Source: an uncultured bacterium | GTDB lineage: Bacteria; Krumholzibacteriota; Krumholzibacteriia; LZORAL124-64-63 | Assembly: GCA_963727525.1 (NCBI GenBank) | Contig: CAVSGO010000007.1 | Span: 224,001-288,000 of the forward strand | Length of the DNA: 64,000 nt | Direction of reading: 5' to 3' | Shown: in pieces, positions 57,253-64,000 of the stretch | How positions within the stretch are numbered: the stretch's first letter is position 1 | How the letters are laid out: every line of letters starts with the position of its first letter | Made by a program: the position numbers and the translations under genes | The notes under the pieces: model-generated | Told to the model about the DNA's origin: nothing | Databases searched by the model: none | Seen by the model: the letters and a program-made list of their open reading frames with translations, nothing else

Positions 57253-58641
57253 CTACTTCCAGTGCTCGGAGATGAAGGCATCCACCTCGGGGATGCCGCC
57301 CTGCATCACGAGATATCCGTTGTGGGGCTCGCGGTCGGTGATCTCACCACACACCGGCGTGAGCATGAGGCGCTCGACCTCGGCGTGGTCCTGGCTCTGG
57401 GCCAGGGCCCAGCCCAGCTTCACGTAGGCCACCTCGGGCAACATGTTGGCTGCGGGCACCACGCCCTTCTCCATGAGCTCGCGCCCGGTCTCGTAGACGT
57501 ACATCTGTACGTAGCCCCAGAGCGTCTGCACGGTCATGTAGACGTGCAGGCCCGCGTCACGCGCGCGCTCGAGCGCAGGGTACAGCGGTTTGTTCACGTG
57601 ACCGAGGCCGGTACCCGCGATGATGATGCCGCGATAGCCATTCGCGATCAGGGAGTCGATGATGTCGGGCTTCATGTTGGGATAGTAGTAGACGATGGCC
57701 ACGCGGTCGTCGAAAACGGCCTTCAGATCGACGTGGGTATCGTCGCGGCGATGGTGGTAGTCCTGGCGGAAGGGCGTCACGCCGTCGGCGTCGACCTTGC
57801 CGAGGGGCACGTCGCTCAGCGTGCGGAAGGTGGAACGATACGACGAGTGCATCTTGCGCACGCGGGTGCCCCGATGCAGCAGGCCGTACTGGTCGCTGGT
57901 GGGGCCGAACATGCACACCATGACCTCGGCGATGTCGCTCGTGGCCGCCGTGCGCGTGGCGTTGATCAGGTTGATCGCGGCGTCGGAGCTGGGCCGGTCG
58001 CTCGAGCGCTGGCTGCCCACCATCACGACCGGCACCGGCAGGTCCTGGAGCATGAACGTGAGCGCGGCGGCGGTGTGATGCATGGTATCGGTGCCATGGC
58101 CCACCACGATGCCGGCCACGCCCTTCTCGATCTCGCGGGCGATGGCCTCGGCCGTACCCATCCACTGCTCGGGCCCCATGTTCTCGCTGAAGACGCCGTA
58201 CAGTTTCTCGGTCTCCAGGTTGCAGACGTCCGCCAGCTCGGGCACCGAGCCGTACAACTCGCCGGGACTGAAGGCCGGAATCACGGCGCCGGTGCGGTAG
58301 TCGAGGCGGCTGGCGATGGTGCCGCCCGTGCCCAGGAGCTTCACACGTGGTTTCACCGGATCGTAGGGGAAGGCTTTTTCCGGGATCTGGTAATGAGCTT
58401 CCTTGCGACCATGCACCGTGATGCGCTGCACCGTATCGTGGCGCACGCCGATGTTGTAGCCGGTGTCGAGCTTCAAGACGATGTGATCAGCGTCGGCTGT
58501 CTCGCTGCGGGGCAGGATCAGACCGGTGAAGTCGCCTCGCGTCGTGTGCAGGGTGGCCAGGCTCCAGACCTTGGCGTCCTGCGACTCCAGCAGGTCGCGC
58601 GTGGGGCAGCGGTATCCGCGGTATGCGTCGTTCGTGCTCAC
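57253..58641 (-). CDS. gatD: Glu-tRNA(Gln) amidotransferase subunit D (archaeal-type)
   Basis: GatD N-terminal domain (GLILPRSE...IVLKLDTGYNIGV) plus asparaginase-I-like core GTGGTIASRLDYRTGAV, HGTDT, GSQRSSDRPSSD, KMHSS, MLPEVAYVKL. Confidence 0.92.
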   Translation of the reverse strand: MSTNDAYRGYRCPTRDLLESQDAKVWSLATLHTTRGDFTGLILPRSETADADHIVLKLDTGYNIGVRHDTVQRITVHGRKEAHYQIPEKAFPYDPVKPRVKLLGTGGTIASRLDYRTGAVIPAFSPGELYGSVPELADVCNLETEKLYGVFSENMGPEQWMGTAEAIAREIEKGVAGIVVGHGTDTMHHTAAALTFMLQDLPVPVVMVGSQRSSDRPSSDAAINLINATRTAATSDIAEVMVCMFGPTSDQYGLLHRGTRVRKMHSSYRSTFRTLSDVPLGKVDADGVTPFRQDYHHRRDDTHVDLKAVFDDRVAIVYYYPNMKPDIIDSLIANGYRGIIIAGTGLGHVNKPLYPALERARDAGLHVYMTVQTLWGYVQMYVYETGRELMEKGVVPAANMLPEVAYVKLGWALAQSQDHAEVERLMLTPVCGEITDREPHNGYLVMQGGIPEVDAFISEHWK

Positions 58642-60545
58642 GCGAGCGCCTCCTTCACCCAGGTGCTGACGGTATGGCCGGCCACGCGGCCGCGCAGGCG
58701 CGGCATGACGTGTCCCATCGCGAAGTTCAGGTGGGCGCCGGTGTCGCGCGGACCCGGCGGGAGAGTCTGCAGCGCAGCCGCCACGCCGGCGCGCGCCTCC
58801 GCCTCCGCCAGTGGCGCCAGGGGTTCATCGTCGGCATTGTACACGCCCTCGGGCAGCACGTCACCGCGGACGAGCCGTGCGACGACGCGACGCCACCAGT
58901 CGCCCGCCGCGCGCAGGCTGGGCGGGCGCGGGCAGGAGCGATCGAGAAGCAGCGAGGCCAGGCCGGTGGGCGTGAGCCGGCTGTCGTCGGGCAACGTGGC
59001 CACGAGGTCGAGGAAGAGGTCGTAGGCGAGATGCCGGCTCAGGCGCTCGGCGAGGTCAGGTCCCACGCCGAGGTCCTGCAGGCGCTCCTGCCGTTCCCAC
59101 GGCCGCTCGGGCAGCCTGGCGAACACGCGGTCGAGACGTTCGTCGTCGATGCGGATGGGTGGCAGATCGGTGTCGGGATACATGCGGTCGGCGCCGGGCA
59201 GGATACGCTCGAAACCGTTGGTACCGTCGTCGAGGGCCTGGCGCGTCTCGCCCGGCACACCGGTCACCGCGTCGCGGGCGCGGATCACGATCTCGCGCGC
59301 GGCCGTCTCGGCGTCGTGCCGGCGTCCCCAGACCACGAGGATGGGCGTGGCCGTGTCCACCTGGCAGGCCTTGGTGACCTTGTCCCACTCGCCGCTGCTG
59401 AACGTGGGGGCATCCTGGGAGGAGCAGGCCAGGTTCGGCAGGTCGTCGATGCAGGCGATCACGCGGATACGATCGCTGAATTCCTTGAGGAACGACGTGC
59501 GCGGCTGGGTCTGGCACGACATGAGGCCCGCGAAGCCCGGCAAGGGCACGGCAAGTACGGTGGCGCCCTTGTCCACCGCCTGGCGCACGTTCCGGAACTC
59601 CGTGCTGCGCACCGTGGTCGTCACGTCGACGGCTTTGTCCGCGATGCCCTCGGCGGTCACGCCGCGCAGCGCCAGCTCCTTCTGGATCGCCACCAGCGTG
59701 GTCTGGCGCAGACCCTCGTTGTGTACGAGACGGGGGATGTGGCGCAGGCTCGGCACGCCCTTGATCTCGATGCGCGTGCCGCCGGTCACCGACACGTTGA
59801 CGTCCTGGCGCGCGGCACCCGGTCCCGTGCGCACCAAACCGCTGACGCGCGCGAGCCAGCGCAGGATCTGTCCCACTTCCATCACCTCGTGGGGCGTCGT
59901 CATGTCCGGATCGGTGACAGTCTCGATGAGCGGCATGCCGAGGCGATCGGTACGGTAGGTGCGCAGGTGACCGCGGTCGCTCACCTCGCGGCAGCTATCC
60001 TCCTCGATCGAGATCTGACGGATGCGTACGGTGCGCCCCCGGTACGGGATGGCGCCGTCGGTGCCCAGGATCGCGGTGCGCTGGAAGCCGGTGGGGATGC
60101 TGCCGTCGAGGTACTGCTTCCGTGTGATGTGCACCTCGCTCACGATGTTGCAGCCGAGCAGACGCGCGACCGCGAAGGCGCGGTCGAGAGCCTCGGCATC
60201 GATCTCGAAGGGCGGTGCATCGTCCATCTCGTAGGTGCACACCGTCTCGTTGTTGAGCAGGTAGACGATGTCCTTGCGCGTCTTGAACTCCATGAGCGCG
60301 GTGCCGTCGTACTCGCCCATCTCCGAGAGCGTGGGCCGCATATGCCGTAGCACCTCGGCGTGGTGCTCATCGCTGTAGCGGCCGGCCGGGCAGCGGCAGA
60401 ACAGCTTGCGCCGGGTGAGCAACTGCTGGTGTATCTCGAGGCCGGACATCAGGCCGAGGGCGGCGTATCCCTCGCGGTCCAGCTCTCCGAAGAGCGGCAG
60501 GGGCCGCTGCAGCCAGGGATGGGTCAGGGCACGATGGTGGTCCAT
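58638..60545 (-). CDS. gatE: Glu-tRNA(Gln) amidotransferase subunit E (archaeal-type)
   Basis: GLEIHQQL..KLFCRCP, RPTLSEMGE.D..A..E, DGSIPTGFQRT, IEEDSCR, DRLGMPLIE, RQDVNVSV, IEIKGV, AspRS-like insertion, PGADRMYPDTDLP; alternative start GTG 60572. Confidence 0.92.
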   Translation of the reverse strand: MDHHRALTHPWLQRPLPLFGELDREGYAALGLMSGLEIHQQLLTRRKLFCRCPAGRYSDEHHAEVLRHMRPTLSEMGEYDGTALMEFKTRKDIVYLLNNETVCTYEMDDAPPFEIDAEALDRAFAVARLLGCNIVSEVHITRKQYLDGSIPTGFQRTAILGTDGAIPYRGRTVRIRQISIEEDSCREVSDRGHLRTYRTDRLGMPLIETVTDPDMTTPHEVMEVGQILRWLARVSGLVRTGPGAARQDVNVSVTGGTRIEIKGVPSLRHIPRLVHNEGLRQTTLVAIQKELALRGVTAEGIADKAVDVTTTVRSTEFRNVRQAVDKGATVLAVPLPGFAGLMSCQTQPRTSFLKEFSDRIRVIACIDDLPNLACSSQDAPTFSSGEWDKVTKACQVDTATPILVVWGRRHDAETAAREIVIRARDAVTGVPGETRQALDDGTNGFERILPGADRMYPDTDLPPIRIDDERLDRVFARLPERPWERQERLQDLGVGPDLAERLSRHLAYDLFLDLVATLPDDSRLTPTGLASLLLDRSCPRPPSLRAAGDWWRRVVARLVRGDVLPEGVYNADDEPLAPLAEAEARAGVAAALQTLPPGPRDTGAHLNFAMGHVMPRLRGRVAGHTVSTWVKEALA

Positions 60546-60688
60546 GGACACCGCCGAGAGGCTAGGGGACACGAGATCGTGGGAGCCGGAACTTGCGGAC
60601 CAAATATAGATTGCAACGGTTTAGCGTCCAGGAAAAGCCGTGGGTAGGGCGCACCGTCGCCAAATTCCGCGTTTTTACTTTCATTTTT

Positions 60689-60706
60689 CTGTGAAAAGTG
60701 TAACAA
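60689..60706 (+). promoter_or_regulatory. Putative Rex operator
   Basis: CTGTGAA-AAGT-GTAACAA versus consensus TTGTGAA-n4-TTCACAA (3 mismatches), in the AT-rich region upstream of rex. Confidence 0.6.
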
Positions 60707-60767
60707 TGCGAGCCACATTGTAGGCAATGCTGTCCATTTCTCGAAGATGCTGCGCGGAGGTGATGGT

Positions 60768-61454
60768 GTGAGGCGAGTGCGACGCGGCTGCGACGTTCCC
60801 GAGGCGACCATCGGCCGGCTGCCCCTCTACCTGGAGAAGCTCAAGCTCTTGCAGGCCATCGGTGTGGAGGACGTCTCATCGCGCCAGCTCGCCGAGTCGC
60901 TCGACATCAAGGCGAGCCAGCTCCGCCATGATTTCCACTACTTCGGCGGCTTCAGTCGCCCCGGGCGGCCGTACCAGGTCAACAAGCTCGTCCCGGCGCT
61001 CGAGCAGATCATCGGCATCGATATCCCCGTGCCCACCGCCATCGTCGGCGCCGGCCACCTGGGCCAGGCCCTCGCGAATTACGCCAACCTCGATCTGCAG
61101 GGATTCCCCGTCCGGGGCATCTTCGACACCAATCCCAAGCTCGTCGGACTCGAGATCCGCGGCATGCCGATCCGCGATCTCGACGAGATGGAGACGGTGT
61201 GTCTGCAGGAGAAGATCAAGATCGGCGTCGTCACGGTGCCAGCCAGCGTCGCCCAGGCGACGGCCGATCGGCTCGTGGCCTGCGGCGTCATCGGCCTGTT
61301 CAACTTCGCGCCCACCGACCTGCGAGTCCCCCCCTACGTGGCGCTGCGCAACGAGCGCATCACCGTGGGGATCATGGCGCTGAGCTTCAAGGTGAAATGC
61401 CTGGCGCAGGCGCGCGCCGAGAGCGGCGAGGCTGTGAGCGACAGCGAGGCCTGA
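60768..61454 (+). CDS. rex: Redox-sensing transcriptional repressor Rex
   Basis: VPEATIGRLPLY, SSRQLA, QLRHDFHYFG wHTH; VGAGHLGQALANY Rossmann fold; NFAP; GGAGGTGA RBS before GTG 60768. Confidence 0.93.
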   Translation: MRRVRRGCDVPEATIGRLPLYLEKLKLLQAIGVEDVSSRQLAESLDIKASQLRHDFHYFGGFSRPGRPYQVNKLVPALEQIIGIDIPVPTAIVGAGHLGQALANYANLDLQGFPVRGIFDTNPKLVGLEIRGMPIRDLDEMETVCLQEKIKIGVVTVPASVAQATADRLVACGVIGLFNFAPTDLRVPPYVALRNERITVGIMALSFKVKCLAQARAESGEAVSDSEA

Positions 61455-61476
61455 TCGGCGTCACCGTCCGCGTACC

Positions 61477-62235
61477 CTAGCGGTGCACTGCGATCGCGTC
61501 CGCCAGCTCGGGGGAGTGAGACGTGGCGTAGAGCTGCGCTTGCTGCCGGCTCGCGAAGAACCCCACCCAGACCCGGTACACGATCGCCCCGTCGCTGGTG
61601 CTGGCCGCGCGCACGTGCATCGGATATCCGAGCGTCGTGAAACGGTCGCGCAAGGACAGGGCATTGGCCTCGCTGCTGAATGACCCCAGCTGCAGCGCGT
61701 AAGGGCCATCGGAACGCGGTGTGATGGGCACCGCGTCCTTGAGCTCCGCCGAACCTGTCGGCGTCCCTAAAGACGACTGGGCCGCGGGGCGGGGTTCCGT
61801 GGACGCTTTCCCATGGGGTTTGGCGGCCGGTTGCGAGGGCGACGCTGCCGTTTCCGACGGCTTGCCCGCGGGCTTCTCCGCCACGATCGGGGTCGCGGCC
61901 TTGTCGATGTCCACGTTGCCAGAATGCGGCCGGGCGTGCACGGCGCCCGCGGAATCGCGAGCCGTCACCACAGTGAGCTGCTCGCCGATCCCGGTGGGCA
62001 CGCCGCCGCCTCGGGGCCAGAACAGGAAGGCCGCCACGGCGAGGACGAGGATGAGGGCTACCAGTAAGGGGCGCGCGACGCGGCCGCCGCCGTCGTCCGG
62101 GGCATAGCGCAGTCGGGGGCGCCGGGCTCGGGGCGGGGACGGTCGGTCATTCCTGTCCCGGTTTCCTTGGTCCCGGTTGCCTTGGTCCTTGTCGCCTCGT
62201 TCTCCGACATCCTTGTTCCTGGCGGATCGAGCCAT
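61477..62235 (-). CDS. SPOR-domain membrane protein
   Basis: Charged N-terminal tail, one TM helix, P/A/S/T linker, YALQLGSF..EANA...YRVWVGFF..QAQ. Confidence 0.85.
   Translation of the reverse strand: MARSARNKDVGERGDKDQGNRDQGNRDRNDRPSPPRARRPRLRYAPDDGGGRVARPLLVALILVLAVAAFLFWPRGGGVPTGIGEQLTVVTARDSAGAVHARPHSGNVDIDKAATPIVAEKPAGKPSETAASPSQPAAKPHGKASTEPRPAAQSSLGTPTGSAELKDAVPITPRSDGPYALQLGSFSSEANALSLRDRFTTLGYPMHVRAASTSDGAIVYRVWVGFFASRQQAQLYATSHSPELADAIAVHR
62144..62188. repeat. Three tandem 15-bp coding repeats (DQGNR-like) in the SPOR gene N-terminus
   Basis: CGGTCATTCCTGTCC / CGGTTTCCTTGGTCC / CGGTTGCCTTGGTCC. Confidence 0.7.
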
Positions 62236-62307
62236 CCTGTCTCTCCTTGGTTGGCGGGGCCGGCACCCGAGATGCTCACCGGAGATTATCACTGCAGGAG
62301 CGCGATC

Positions 62308-63018
62308 ATGGCAACCGACAACCGTGGCACCGTGTCTCCCGCTGCCATCATTTTCGACCTCGATGGCACCCTCATTGACTCTGGATCGGACATCGCCCAC
62401 GCGGCGAACGCGGCGCGGGAGGCCGTCGGTCTGCCGCCGCTGGCGACGGAGACGGTCGTGGGCTACGTGGGTGATGGCGTGGAGATGCTGCTGAGGCGCA
62501 TGCTTGCGCACGGGCGCGGCGGGGAGCGCCCCGGGGCCGCTGTCGACGCCGACCGGCTCACGGCAGCTCTCGCCGCGTTCCAGGCTCATTACGCGCTCCA
62601 CTGTCTCGACCACACCCGTGGCTATCCGGGCGTCGAGGCCATGCTCCACGCGTGTGTCGGTCGGTCTCTGAGTGTGGCGACCAACAAGCCACGCGCCTTC
62701 AGTCTCCAGATCCTGTCGGGGCTCGGCCTGGAGCGCCATTTTGCTCGCGTCGTGGGGGGAGACGACGCGCCGGCCCGCAAACCCGACCCGCGTCATCTGA
62801 TGGCCTGCCTGGCGGGGCTCGACGTGGATCCTGCGCAGGTGGCGGTGGTGGGCGACAGCCCGAATGACGTGCGTGCCGCGCATGCGCTGGGAGCGGTGGC
62901 AGTGGCCGTCACGTATGGCCTCACGAGTGCCGAGCGGTTACGGGCGAGCGGGCCCGACCTCGTCGTCGCCCGCGTCTGCGACCTGCCCGCCGCCCTCGGC
63001 CTCGGCCGCCGCGGCTGA
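62308..63018 (+). CDS. HAD hydrolase, phosphoglycolate phosphatase-like
   Basis: IFDLDGTLIDS, VGDG, ATNKP, RKPDP, VGDSPND, VTYG; AGGAG RBS. Confidence 0.9.
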   Translation: MATDNRGTVSPAAIIFDLDGTLIDSGSDIAHAANAAREAVGLPPLATETVVGYVGDGVEMLLRRMLAHGRGGERPGAAVDADRLTAALAAFQAHYALHCLDHTRGYPGVEAMLHACVGRSLSVATNKPRAFSLQILSGLGLERHFARVVGGDDAPARKPDPRHLMACLAGLDVDPAQVAVVGDSPNDVRAAHALGAVAVAVTYGLTSAERLRASGPDLVVARVCDLPAALGLGRRG

Positions 63019-64000
63019 CGGCGGCGCGAGCTGCTCCAGTGTCGCCTCCTGCCGGTAGCCGGCCATCCTGGCGGCGTCGCATAGGCACCGGGCGGCGTCG
63101 GCGGCGTCCTTATCGTCACCGTCGGCGCGTAGCGCGGCCGTGTCGCGCACGAGCACCACGAGCGCCTCGAAACGCTCCCTGCTGAAGTACCACACGCCGT
63201 CGAAGCGGTTGCTCTGCAGGTAGGCCTGCGCGTCGGGATCGAGGAAGAGCTTGCGTGTGGTCTCCGCAAGGGAAGGCGCCGCGTCGAGCAGGTCGCCGTG
63301 GCGGCCGAGCAGCACCGCGAGTGGCCCCGCGGCCTCGCGCAGGGCGGTGTTGGACAGGGAGCCGGCGATCCCGGGCATGGCGCGGTCGAGGAGGAGCACG
63401 AGGTCGTCGGCCTCGAGGCGCTGGATCGCGTCCGCGGTCCCGGAGGTGTCGAGCACTTCGGTCAGCCAGCGGAGTTGCAGCGCCAGGTAGGCCAGGACGC
63501 GCGCGTCGGCCGCCCGGATGGCCGTCGCCTGCGTGGCCGCCGTGGCGGGCTTCTTCGCGGCGACCTCACCAGTATCCGAGGGTTCGCCCAGAGGTGCGAG
63601 CGCTGCCATGATGCGTGTCTCGTCGGGAACGGCAGCGGCCGAGGATGAGCCGGACACGGCGGCCGCAGCCACCAGCGTCTCCCGCAGCAGCCGGGACAGA
63701 GCAGCACTGTCGTCGTCGCGGCCGCTGCGCAGCCGTGCGAGAGCGGAGGGCGCATTCGCCTCCGCGAATGGACCGAGGACCGGGGCCAGGATCAGCTCGC
63801 GCCGCGCGCGGCGCAGGCTGGGCACGGGGCGTCCGTCCAGCCGGCCGTGCAGCTCTCGCCAGAGACCGTCCGTATCATCGAGTTCGCGGAATTCGAGGAA
63901 GACGTGCACCTCGTACCCGCGGAGCTGGGCGAACATGCCCTCCCGCGCCAACTCCTCGCCAGAGCGCAGGTACTCCTGGCCTCCCACGCCATCACGGAAG
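62938..64000 (-). CDS. C-terminal part of a large protein, probably alpha-amylase (GH13) family; 5' end outside window
   Basis: EYLRSG.EL...G....L.GYE.HVFL.FRE and L..NRFDGVWYFSRE resemble C-terminal regions of large GH13 proteins; catalytic domain not visible; 3' end overlaps the convergent HAD gene. Confidence 0.55.
   Translation of the reverse strand, partial: FRDGVGGQEYLRSGEELAREGMFAQLRGYEVHVFLEFRELDDTDGLWRELHGRLDGRPVPSLRRARRELILAPVLGPFAEANAPSALARLRSGRDDDSAALSRLLRETLVAAAAVSGSSSAAAVPDETRIMAALAPLGEPSDTGEVAAKKPATAATQATAIRAADARVLAYLALQLRWLTEVLDTSGTADAIQRLEADDLVLLLDRAMPGIAGSLSNTALREAAGPLAVLLGRHGDLLDAAPSLAETTRKLFLDPDAQAYLQSNRFDGVWYFSRERFEALVVLVRDTAALRADGDDKDAADAARCLCDAARMAGYRQEATLEQLAPPSAAAAEAEGGGQVADAGDDEVGPARP

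Noticed and set aside
57253-58641. Calling this gene L-asparaginase I and its neighbour gatB
   Set aside because: The GatD-specific N-terminal domain, the RLDYRTGAV and SQRSSDRPSSD motifs, the GatE-type motifs and insertion, and the gene coupling all fit GatDE better.
62938-63018. 81-bp convergent overlap of the HAD gene and the GH13-like gene
   Set aside because: The overlapping tail is low-complexity. Stop-codon drift in GC-rich DNA explains it.

Overview
This is a high-GC bacterial chromosomal segment of about 60 genes with no visible mobile element, prophage, CRISPR array, rRNA or tRNA. Four secreted proteins carry a C-terminal PNP(F)NP...YD.RG..VR.L...WDG.D..G...ASG.Y (FlgD-Ig/T9SS-CTD-like) domain. 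Together with a TonB receptor and an MsbA-like exporter, this points to a diderm FCB-associated lineage such as Krumholzibacteriota/Latescibacterota (inference). Most genes are housekeeping or metabolic: xth, tdh-like, gap, pckA, citrate synthase, cysK/cysE, rex and peptidases. The highlights are: (1) an intact, translationally coupled gatE-gatD pair, the archaeal-type Glu-tRNA(Gln) amidotransferase, among bacterial genes; (2) a CxxU Rdx/SelW selenoprotein missed by the ORF track, with an in-frame UGA and an fdhF-like SECIS hairpin; (3) a cobalamin riboswitch controlling a BtuB-like receptor and a beta-propeller that looks secreted via the FlgD/T9SS-like CTD, followed by PduO; (4) a Dus enzyme resembling eukaryotic Dus3 near a eukaryotic-type citrate synthase; (5) a secreted protein ending in a TEPSTWSTVKALFE motif that may be a sorting signal. 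All family calls come from motif recognition by eye. No database searches were run.
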